Shown here piece after piece: positions 45,370-52,895 of a stretch of 52,945 bases of DNA (position 1 is the stretch's first letter; the number at the start of each line of letters is the position of its first letter). The notes beneath the pieces are model-generated. The model saw only the letters and a list, made by a program, of their open reading frames with translations, did not search any database and had not been told where the DNA came from. This stretch comes from Clostridia bacterium (GTDB lineage: Bacteria > Bacillota > Sulfobacillia > RBS10-35 > JADGHG01), in NCBI GenBank assembly GCA_019689585.1, contig JADGHG010000002.1:1-52945 (forward strand), read 5' to 3'. A program made the position numbers and the translations under genes.

Positions 45370-45626
45370 TGCGCGAAGTGCGCGTGCGGATCGGCAAGGG
45401 CGGCCGCGTCGAGACCGACTTCCACGGCTTCCTCGACGACGACTGCCTCGAGGAGGCGGACCGGCTGGCCGCGCTGCTTTCGGGCCTCGGCCTCGAGATG
45501 AACTTGCGGGAGCGGGCGATGAAGACGATGGCGGCACGGCTGGGCGAAGCGGGCGTCGACGCGGGCGAGGTCGGCGCGAAGCCGCAAGAGGGGACGCGCG
45601 CGCGCGAGGGCCGGGTCGGCGGATGA
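45369..45626 (+). CDS. DUF2997-like small protein
   Basis: TGATG overlap. 'EVRVRIGKGGRVETDFHGFLDDDCLEEADRLAALLSGLG' fits the DUF2997 pattern (beta-hairpin, G..G..C, LG). The C-terminal tail is low complexity. Confidence 0.6.
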   Translation: MREVRVRIGKGGRVETDFHGFLDDDCLEEADRLAALLSGLGLEMNLRERAMKTMAARLGEAGVDAGEVGAKPQEGTRAREGRVGG

Positions 45627-45901
45627 CGCGCCGGCCGGCCGCCCCGATCGGCCGGAAGCCCAAGACGGTTCGCGCCCCCGGGCCTGGGGTGGCCGACGCG
45701 TCCCCGGCCAGGCGGCCGCTCGCCCGGCGGGCGGAGGCCGGGGCGGCGCGCTTGCCCCGCCGTCTCCTCGACGTCGACGTATTCGCGCAGCGGTTGGAGA
45801 TCGTCGAGCGGTACGGCGACGGCGCCGCAGACGAGCTCGCGCGGGAGCTCGCGCGGCTCGGGCTCGCCACGGCCCTCGCCTTCCGCTCGCCCTGCGGATG
45901 A
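45623..45901 (+). CDS. hypothetical 92-aa protein
   Basis: ATGA overlaps at both ends. Third-position GC in this frame is about 90% by hand count. The basic disordered N-terminus is followed by a helical 'LLDVDVFAQRLEIVERYGDGAADELARELARLGL'. Confidence 0.5.
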   Translation: MTRRPAAPIGRKPKTVRAPGPGVADASPARRPLARRAEAGAARLPRRLLDVDVFAQRLEIVERYGDGAADELARELARLGLATALAFRSPCG

Positions 45902-47700
45902 CGCCGGAGGCCGGCCCGGGCGGGCGCGACCCGGCCGAGCGGGCGCCCTTCGGCAGGACGCGGCCGGCCGGCCCCCAACGGGCCGCCCTCGACGCCGAGC
46001 GCGGGCCGTCGGCCGGGACGCCATCGGCCTCGGTCTCGGCGGGGCTCGACGAGCGCTGGCTCGAGCAGGCGATGCTCAAGCGGCGCGCGAACTACTCGCC
46101 CGTCATCTGCTTCGAGACGGCCGACCCCCGCCGCCTCCTCCAGCTCAAGGAGTACGTCCGCACGCACGAGGACCTGCGCCAGGCGGAGCATGTGTTCCTC
46201 TTCGACCTCTGGCAGGGGCTCTCGCGCATGGACGCCTCGGGCCGCTTCGCGCCCTACCGGAAGGCGGTGGCGGAGTCGCCGCTGCAGCGCTACGGGACGG
46301 CGGACGGGGCCGGCGTGCAGCTTGCGAGCTTGAAGCAGGCGCTCCGCGAGATCGACGGGTTCCTGCGCCGGCATCGCACGGTCGCCATCCTCCAGAACCT
46401 GGCCGAGAACCGCGAGTGGGAGACGGGTCTGCAGGGCGCGCTCCGCTCCTGGGCGATCGACGAGGACGTGCTCGCGCACGCCTCGACCGTCTTCGTCCAG
46501 ACGGCCGACGCCTCGGCGCTCCTCGACGCCTACACGCGCGAGCTCGTCGTCGTCGTCGAGGTCGACCCGAGCAGCGACGCCGAGCGCGCCTTCCTCATCG
46601 GCAAGGCGGCGGCCGAGCTCGAGGTGGCGCTCTCCGGCGACCGGCTGGGCGAGCTCGTCGCCGCCACGGCCGGCCTCAACCTGCACCAGGTCGAGAGCAT
46701 CCTGCTCGAGTCGTACCACGCCACGCGGGACTTCGACCTCACGCGCGTCAAGGACCTGAAGAGCGACCTCGTGCGACGCTCGCGCGTCCTCGACGTCGCC
46801 GAGCCCAACGCCTCCTTCCGCGACATCGGCGGGTACGAGGCCGTGAAGCGCTTCGTCGCGCGCGACATCGTGCGCGTCCTGAAGGAGGCCGGTCGCGCCC
46901 AGGCGTTCGGCGTGCCGCTGCCGCGCGGGATCCTCCTCTTCGGGCCGCCCGGCACGGGCAAGTCGCTCTTCGCCCGCGCCCTCGCGCACGAGGTGCACCT
47001 GCCGTTCATGCACCTGCACACGGAGAACATCTACTCCAAGTGGTTCGGCGAGTCGGGGCAGAACATGCGGCAGGCGCTCACCCTCATCGACAAGATGTCG
47101 CCCGCCGTCGTCTTCGTCGACGAGATCGACCGCTTCGGCCGGCGCTCGGGGGCCATGCGGGACTCGGCCGGCGAGGAGAGCCAGCGCGTGTTCTCGCAGT
47201 TCCTCGAGTGGCTCGGCCACCCCGAGCGCGAGGCCATCGTCGTCGGCACGACGAACGTGCCCGACCACCTCGACGAGGCCTTCATCCGGACGGGCCGCTT
47301 CGACTACAAGGTGCCGTTCCTCTACCCGGGCGCCGAGGCCCGGCTCGCGATCCTCAAGGTGCACCTCGGCCTCGTGCCGGGCACGCGCCGCCGCAGGCCG
47401 CCGCTCCTCGTCGACGAGGCCGAGCTCGTCGAGCATCTCGCGCGCGAGGTCGTGCCGAAGACGCGATTCTTCACGGGCGCCGAGCTCGAGGAGCTCGTGA
47501 CGCGCGCCAAGCGGCGGGCGTTCGCCTCGGACGCGCAGGGCGTGGCGCCCGACGACTTCATCTCGGCGGCCGAGAGTTTCCGCGTGCCGGTGGACGAGCG
47601 GCGGGCGAACCTCCGATACTACCTGGAGCAGGTGCGACGCTTCACCGACGACCGCGCCTTCGTCGAGGAGCTCGAGGAGGAGGCGCGAGAGGGAGACTGA
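45898..47700 (+). CDS. AAA+ ATPase, Ycf46-like (single classical AAA module after a ~340-aa N-terminal region)
   Basis: Walker A 'GPPGTGKS' (46942-46965), Walker B 'VVFVDEID' and SRH 'TTNVPDHLDEAFIRTGRFD'. An alternative internal ATG lies at 46072. Confidence 0.9.
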   Translation: MTPEAGPGGRDPAERAPFGRTRPAGPQRAALDAERGPSAGTPSASVSAGLDERWLEQAMLKRRANYSPVICFETADPRRLLQLKEYVRTHEDLRQAEHVFLFDLWQGLSRMDASGRFAPYRKAVAESPLQRYGTADGAGVQLASLKQALREIDGFLRRHRTVAILQNLAENREWETGLQGALRSWAIDEDVLAHASTVFVQTADASALLDAYTRELVVVVEVDPSSDAERAFLIGKAAAELEVALSGDRLGELVAATAGLNLHQVESILLESYHATRDFDLTRVKDLKSDLVRRSRVLDVAEPNASFRDIGGYEAVKRFVARDIVRVLKEAGRAQAFGVPLPRGILLFGPPGTGKSLFARALAHEVHLPFMHLHTENIYSKWFGESGQNMRQALTLIDKMSPAVVFVDEIDRFGRRSGAMRDSAGEESQRVFSQFLEWLGHPEREAIVVGTTNVPDHLDEAFIRTGRFDYKVPFLYPGAEARLAILKVHLGLVPGTRRRRPPLLVDEAELVEHLAREVVPKTRFFTGAELEELVTRAKRRAFASDAQGVAPDDFISAAESFRVPVDERRANLRYYLEQVRRFTDDRAFVEELEEEAREGD

Positions 47701-48848
47701 TGGCGACCTACCCCGAGCTTCTCTTCTCGCTCGTCCTCATCTTCGTCGCGGCCAAGCTCTTCACGAACGGCATCGAGTGGCTCGGTCGGCGCCTCGACCT
47801 CTCCCACGGCGCGACGGGGAGCCTCATGGCCGCCCTCGGCACGGCGCTTCCCGAGGCGATCATCCCGATCTGGGCCATCGCCTTCGGCTCGGGGGAAGTG
47901 AAAGAGGAGATCGGCGTGGGCGCGATCCTGGGGGCCCCGCTTTTGCTCGCCACGCTCGGTTTCCTCATCAGCGGGGCGGCGGCGTGGTTCTACTCGGCGC
48001 GCAAGCGGCGCGGCTTCTTCGTCGAGGTCGACCCGGGCACGCTCGGGCGCGACCTGCCGTTTTTCGTGATCGTGTACTCGCTCGCCGCCGTCGCCGGGCT
48101 CGTCCCGGGCTTGCGGCCGCTGCAGCTCTCGATCGCCGCGCTCCTCGTGCTTCTCTATGCGGGATTCGTCCTTGTGACGCTGCGGGCGCAAGGCGGCGCG
48201 GCGCTGGCAGAGGCCGCCACGGCCCCGGCCGGCGCGGGCGCGGGCGCGGCGCCGGCCGGCACAGCCGCGGCGCCGGCCGCGACGCCCGTCGCGGCGCCGA
48301 GCGGCGGGGAAGAGGGGCTGGGTCGGGCGGCGTCGCAGCATGCCGAGGCCGGACGAGGCGAGGTCGAGGTGGACAGGCTCTACTTCCAGCGGCGGCGCGA
48401 GGTGCCGGCGACGGCCATGGTGCTCCTGCAGGTGGCCGTCGGGCTCGGCGCCATGATCTTCGCCGCCAACGTCTTCGTCGACGCCGTCACGCAGGTCGCG
48501 AAGGCGCTCGGCGTCTCGGCCTTCATCCTGTCCGTGATCATCACGCCCATCGCCACGGAGCTCCCGGAGACCTTCAACAGCGTCATCTGGCTCGGCCAGC
48601 GCAAGGACACGCTCGCGATCGGGAACATCACAGGGGCGATGGTGCTGCAATCCTCGCTCATCCCCGCGATCGGGATCGCGTTCACGCCCTGGCGGCTCGC
48701 CGCCGACCAGCTCTGGGCCGTGGGCCTCGCCGTGGCGGCCGCCGCGATCGTGCTGCTCACGTACTATCTCGCGCGGCGCAAGGTGATGCCGCAGGTGCTG
48801 GTCTTGAACGGGCTCTTGTACGCGCTGTACATCGCCGTCGTGGCGTAG
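47700..48848 (+). CDS. CaCA family cation/Ca2+ exchanger (Na_Ca_ex, YrbG-like)
   Basis: TGATG overlap with the ATPase stop. There are two alpha-repeat halves ('GSLMAALGTALPE', 'ATELPETFNSV...GNITGAM') separated by an Ala/Pro-rich loop. Confidence 0.8.
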   Translation: MATYPELLFSLVLIFVAAKLFTNGIEWLGRRLDLSHGATGSLMAALGTALPEAIIPIWAIAFGSGEVKEEIGVGAILGAPLLLATLGFLISGAAAWFYSARKRRGFFVEVDPGTLGRDLPFFVIVYSLAAVAGLVPGLRPLQLSIAALLVLLYAGFVLVTLRAQGGAALAEAATAPAGAGAGAAPAGTAAAPAATPVAAPSGGEEGLGRAASQHAEAGRGEVEVDRLYFQRRREVPATAMVLLQVAVGLGAMIFAANVFVDAVTQVAKALGVSAFILSVIITPIATELPETFNSVIWLGQRKDTLAIGNITGAMVLQSSLIPAIGIAFTPWRLAADQLWAVGLAVAAAAIVLLTYYLARRKVMPQVLVLNGLLYALYIAVVA

Positions 48849-48924
48849 GCGGGCTCGCGAGGCAGGGGGATACCTGCGCGGGAATTCCAAGCGCGATCGA
48901 GGCCCTTGCCTGGTATCGGTCGCG

Positions 48925-49629
48925 TCAGCCCGCCTTGACGATCTGCGCGAGCTCGCGGTACCACCTGAGCTTCTCGGCGTACGGAAGCCCGCTCCGGCCG
49001 CTCGGCGAAGGGAGCACGAAATCGCGTACCCCCGCCACCACGGAGCCGGGCTGGAGGCCGTAGGCGATCGCCTTTGTGTCGCGGCCCCCCCGGAACGCAG
49101 CGTACACCGCCTTCGCGGTATAGGCGGCCACGGCGGGACGGTAGATGGCGAGGATCTGCCGTAGGCGCTCGCGGCCCTGGGCGAGGTCGCGGGCCGTGAG
49201 ATCCGACATGCCCGGCGTGGGGCGCTTCACGATGTCGGTGAGGCCGATGCCGAGCGAGAGAAGCTCGGCATCGCGCTCGGGGCCCCAGCGGCCCGGCGTG
49301 AGGCCGGCGTCCGCCAGAAGACGCCAGAAGGCGTTGGACGGGGCGGCGTAGTAGTGACCCGCCTGCGACGAGGCCATCCCGGGGTTCGAGCCGACGACGA
49401 GAAGCGAGAGGCCCGGCCGCACGAAGTCGGGCAAGGCCCCCGGCGGAAGAGTCTCGCCCGGCAGAGCGCTCCTTGGCCCCGCGCCGGCTCGGCCCGTCAC
49501 GGGGGCGCCTGTCGAGGCCCGAGCGCCTTCCATCCCGACATCCCCATCCTCGACGCCGCCTTGCCGCGACCATAGCACGTCGCAGCCCGCGCGCCCCGCG
49601 GTGCCGTAGAATGTGGGGGGCCTGCGCAT
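48925..49629 (-). CDS. mug: G:T/U mismatch-specific DNA glycosylase (Mug/TDG, UDG family 2)
   Basis: 'LLVVGSNPGMASSQAGHYYAAPSNAFW' and 'VLPSPSGRS'. The start is uncertain, with an internal ATG at 49533. Confidence 0.8.
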   Translation of the reverse strand: MRRPPTFYGTAGRAGCDVLWSRQGGVEDGDVGMEGARASTGAPVTGRAGAGPRSALPGETLPPGALPDFVRPGLSLLVVGSNPGMASSQAGHYYAAPSNAFWRLLADAGLTPGRWGPERDAELLSLGIGLTDIVKRPTPGMSDLTARDLAQGRERLRQILAIYRPAVAAYTAKAVYAAFRGGRDTKAIAYGLQPGSVVAGVRDFVLPSPSGRSGLPYAEKLRWYRELAQIVKAG

Positions 49630-49697
49630 CCGAGGCGACCCTCGCGCGCTCGTGCGGCGGGGGCTCGCGGCGGAGCGTCCCTTCTTGGCATCGAAGC

Positions 49698-49773
49698 GGG
49701 CGAATAGCTCAGCGGCCAGAGCGCCTGGTTTACACCCAGGAGGTCACAGGTTCGAATCCTGTTTCGCCCACCA
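49698..49773 (+). tRNA. tRNA-Val (anticodon TAC), CCA encoded
   Basis: Cloverleaf folded by hand: acceptor GGGCGAA/TTCGCCC, D arm GCTC/GAGC, anticodon stem CCTGG/CCAGG with loop TTTACAC, T arm ACAGG-TTCGAAT-CCTGT, discriminator A, CCA. Confidence 0.9.
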
Positions 49774-49836
49774 CGCCAAGCCCGCCATTACCGAGAGCCC
49801 TGAAACGCTTGCGATCGACGCCTCCGGCCCGCCGGG

Positions 49837-51189
49837 TCACCCGCCCGTCGACGCGGCCTCGGCCGGGCCGGCCGCCTCGCCGAAGGGAGCGCGCACGACC
49901 CAAGAGGCCGCCAGAAGGAGTGCTGCGCCGATCGCCCAGAAGACGGACGCCTCGCCGGCCGCATTCCCGACGAGGCCGACGGCCGCCGGGATGCCGAGCT
50001 GGCCGAGCCGGTTTCCGGAGAGCCTCAAGCCGAGGGCCGCGCCGCGCTCGTCCGCGGGTGCGCGGCTCGCGACCCAGCTCATCGTGAGCGGCTGGCCGAG
50101 GCCGAGCCCGAGCCCGGCCAGAGCCATGAGGGCGCCCAGGACGGGCGACGGCGCAAGCGGCAGGGCGGCGACGGCGAAAGCGGGGACGATGGTCGACCAG
50201 AAGAGCAGGCGGGCGCGCGTCATACGGCGCAAAAGCCAGGCCATGAAGAGGCGGGAGACGAGCGAGGCGCCTCCGCGGATCGAGAGGAGGAGCCCGACGG
50301 TCGCGACCGACAGCCCGCGCGCCTCCCCGAGGACCGGGAGGTACGCGCTCAGGACGTCGATGCTCGACAGCACGGTGAGGCTCGCGAACATCGCGGGCGG
50401 CATGCCCGGCCGCAGGAGGAGGCGCGCGGTGCGCCGGGCGCTCGCGCCGACGGCTGCGAAGGAGCGCGCGGCGATCGACGGGGCCGGCCGCCGCACGACT
50501 GGGCCGGTTCCGCGTCCATCCACAGGGGGCTCGGGGCCAGCGGCTCGAGGTCCGGTCGCGCGGGCAAAGCCGAGCGCCGCGCGCGCGCCGAGGCCCAGGG
50601 CGGAGAGGGAGGCCAAGAGCGCGAGCCCGCCGGCCAGGAAGAACCCGGGACCGAGATGCCGCGCCGCCGATGTCCCGACGACGGCGCCCGCCAGGGCCGG
50701 GCCGGCCAGCTGACCGAGCGACGCCATCACCGTGTAGGCGCCGACCCGCTCGTCGCGCTGGGCGTCGGCCGTGCGGTTGGCGATGAGCGTCTGGCTCGCC
50801 ACGACGGCGAGGAGGTGTCCGAGGCCGAGAAGCGCCTGCGTGGCGGCGAGAGCCGGCACGGAGGTCGCGACCGACGGCGCGAGCGCACCCACGACCGCGA
50901 GGGCGGTGCCGCAGACGATGAAGGGCGGCTCGCCCATCCGGTCGACCCAGCGGCCGGCGGGAAGCGCGAGGAAGAGCGACAAGAGCGCGAAGGATGAGGC
51001 CACGGCGCCGACCCCGGCCGGGCTGGCGCCGAGAGCGAGCGCCTGGTAGGCGGCGAGCGGCCGGACGGCGTACACGGCCGCGTGGAGGCAGGCGTTGGCG
51101 ACGAGGACCTTCGTGAACCACGAGGGGTAGGACCAAAGGGCGCGAACGCGCACGGCGCGCCGCGCGGCGGTCACGGGCGATGGCGGCAT
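49837..51189 (-). CDS. MFS transporter
   Basis: About 12 TM segments and an 'LPAGRWVDRMG' loop. ATG at 51189 is chosen. The track ORF continues in frame to 51591 through Arg/Ala/Pro-rich repeats. Confidence 0.75.
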   Translation of the reverse strand: MPPSPVTAARRAVRVRALWSYPSWFTKVLVANACLHAAVYAVRPLAAYQALALGASPAGVGAVASSFALLSLFLALPAGRWVDRMGEPPFIVCGTALAVVGALAPSVATSVPALAATQALLGLGHLLAVVASQTLIANRTADAQRDERVGAYTVMASLGQLAGPALAGAVVGTSAARHLGPGFFLAGGLALLASLSALGLGARAALGFARATGPRAAGPEPPVDGRGTGPVVRRPAPSIAARSFAAVGASARRTARLLLRPGMPPAMFASLTVLSSIDVLSAYLPVLGEARGLSVATVGLLLSIRGGASLVSRLFMAWLLRRMTRARLLFWSTIVPAFAVAALPLAPSPVLGALMALAGLGLGLGQPLTMSWVASRAPADERGAALGLRLSGNRLGQLGIPAAVGLVGNAAGEASVFWAIGAALLLAASWVVRAPFGEAAGPAEAASTGG

Positions 51190-51344
51190 CAGGCCCGATG
51201 CTCGCACACCGCTCGGGCGCCCGCAAGCGAAAGGCGCAGGAGGCGGCCGAGGGCGCGGGGCCGTACGTCGCTGCGGAACTCGCCGCGCCCGGGAGCCGCG
51301 CGCCGCGGGGCGGGGCGTGTCCGCGGCGTGGGGCCGACGCCGGC

Positions 51345-51446
51345 GCGCGGACCCGGCCGCGGGCCGCGCTGCCCGCTTGTGGGGACGCGGGGGTGCGGAC
51401 CCGGCCGCGGCACGGGGCCGGCGACGGCGCGCGGACCCGGCCGCGG
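51345..51446. repeat. three copies of GCGGACCCGGCCGCGG with 48- and 36-nt spacing
   Basis: The 16-mer occurs at 51347-51362, 51395-51410 and 51431-51446. Confidence 0.7.
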
Positions 51447-51527
51447 CATGGGGCGCGCCGCTCCGGTCGCGGCCATAGCGCTGTGATACCGCCTTATCGG
51501 CGGCAGCGCCCGCCCGGCCGGCCGCGG

Positions 51528-51665
51528 TAGTGAAGCGCCACATCACTATCGGTGCCCCGGCGGGGCTAACTCGGGACCGGAGGTTCCCCATAAGATCAAT
51601 CCGCTTCGCTATGGTTGCGGGCCGCGACCGCCGGTGGGGCGATAGTGAGGTTTCACCTCACTATC
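51528..51665. promoter_or_regulatory. pair of related inverted repeats (candidate operator sites) sharing TCACTATC
   Basis: TAGTGA-N9-TCACTA lies at 51528-51548. A perfect 11-bp inverted repeat GATAGTGAGGT-TTC-ACCTCACTATC lies at 51641-51665. Confidence 0.4.
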
Positions 51666-51788
51666 CGACCCCGGACGCTCGCTCGGACCCCCGTGCGGCC
51701 CCTTCGGCCGACCGGGGTGAGCGCACCGGAGGCGCCGGCTGGGCCGGCCGTACGGCCGCGCCCGCGATGGCCCGCTGACCGTGGCCGG

Positions 51789-51920
51789 CCGCCCGCTCCT
51801 CAGGCGCCAGCCGCCCGCTGCTCAGGCGCCGGCCGCCCGCTCCTCAGGCGCCAGCCGCCTGCTGCTCAGGCGCCGGCCGTCCGGTGATCAGGCGTCGGCC
51901 GTCCGGTGATCAGCTGCCGG
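51789..51920. repeat. six contiguous copies of a 22-bp tandem repeat
   Basis: Copies start at 51789, 51811, 51833, 51855, 51877 and 51899 (CCGCCCGCTSCTCAGGCGCCRG x4, then CCGTCCGGTGATCAG... x2). The last copy contains the iclR-family stop codon. Confidence 0.9.
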
Positions 51921-52677
51921 CCGCGTCCGGCGCGAGGCTCAGTTCGGCGGCTGCCTGACGCACGAGCTCCGCGAAGCGCGACACCGCCGCGTCGTCCAGG
52001 CGGTCGTCGGGGCCCCCGAGGCTGACGGATGCGACCACCTCGCCGCGCGTTCCGAAGACCGGCGCGGCGACGGCCGTCACGCCCGGCGTCAGGTGGCCGC
52101 GCGAGACGTCGTACCCGCGCTCGCGGATGCGCGCGAGCTCGGCCCGCAAGGCCTCGGGGTCGACGAGCGTGCGCGGGGTCATGGCCTCGAGCGGCCCGGC
52201 CAGGTATGCCTCGCGCTCGGGCTCGGGGAGATGGGCCAGGATGACGCGCTGAGAGGCGCCGGCGTGGAGCGGCGCGACAGCGCCGAGCTCCATCGTGAGG
52301 CGCAACGGATGGCGCTGGCTCTCGACCTTCTCGACGGCAACAGCCGAACGGCCCTGGCGCACGTTGAAGAACGCGCTCTCCCCGCTCTCCGCCGCGAGCC
52401 GCGTGAGCACTCCCCGGACGGCTGGGAAGCCGAGCTCCTCGCGAGCCGCCTGCCCGACCATCCAGGCGGCCAGGCCGAGCCGATACGCGCGCGCCGACCT
52501 GTCTCGCACGAGAAAGCCCCTCTCGGCCAAGGCGGCGAGCAGCCGGTGAGCGTTGCTCTTCGGAAGGCCGAAGGCCGCCGCCGCGCGGCTCGGGGTCCAG
52601 GCCCCCCCGTTCCGCGCGATCGCCAGAAGCAGCTCGAGGGCTTCGTCGACCGTCTTGAGCGGGGACGGTCGCGGCAT
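51910..52677 (-). CDS. IclR family transcriptional regulator
   Basis: N-terminal wHTH ('LKTVDEALELLLAIA', 'AAFGLPKSNAHRLLAALAERGFL') and a C-terminal IclR effector domain. ATG at 52677 is preferred over the track start at 52812. Confidence 0.85.
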   Translation of the reverse strand: MPRPSPLKTVDEALELLLAIARNGGAWTPSRAAAAFGLPKSNAHRLLAALAERGFLVRDRSARAYRLGLAAWMVGQAAREELGFPAVRGVLTRLAAESGESAFFNVRQGRSAVAVEKVESQRHPLRLTMELGAVAPLHAGASQRVILAHLPEPEREAYLAGPLEAMTPRTLVDPEALRAELARIRERGYDVSRGHLTPGVTAVAAPVFGTRGEVVASVSLGGPDDRLDDAAVSRFAELVRQAAAELSLAPDAAGS

Positions 52678-52895
52678 CTCCGCCGTCCGCCGTCCGCGTG
52701 GGACGCGAGCCACGCTCCGCGCCTCCCCCCGTCCTTCGCGCTCACCGCACCGGGGCGCGGCGTCCGCGAGCCTCTCGCCGCCACCGGCCGGCTCCCCGCA
52801 CCGCGTTTCCATATACCGCCGCGCCGCCTCCTTCGGCGCCCGGGGAGACCGCTCCTTTGCCCGCGCCCGGCTCGTCCTCGCTTCGTCGATCGCCC

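Noticed and set aside
43834-47436. 1200-aa minus-strand ORF covering the AAA+ operon
   Set aside because: It is antisense to ORFs with clear AAA+, DUF1257-like and DUF2997-like motifs and high plus-frame third-position GC. Its translation is low complexity (R/A/P/G/E). Other long ORFs were rejected for the same reason: 3966-6323 upstream of 4736, 20014-22461, 23472-25529, 25417-26940, 26955-29066, 28439-30880, 35965-37035 and 39830-42019.
49698-49773. tRNA-Val as an integration site for a mobile element
   Set aside because: There is no integrase and no visible duplicate of the tRNA 3' end nearby. The flanking genes (mug, MFS) have host-like GC.
51540-51640. Guanidine (ykkC-type) or other riboswitch upstream of the MFS transporter
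   Set aside because: The minus strand contains 'GGUCCCGAG', which is reminiscent of the ykkC 'GGUCCGAGAG' block. I could not find the other conserved segments (the ACGR/GGGA...AAAGCCCGGGAGA region). A covariance-model scan would be needed to reopen this.
51789-51920. CRISPR array
   Set aside because: The repeats are directly contiguous with no spacers, the unit is only 22 bp, and no cas genes are present in the window.
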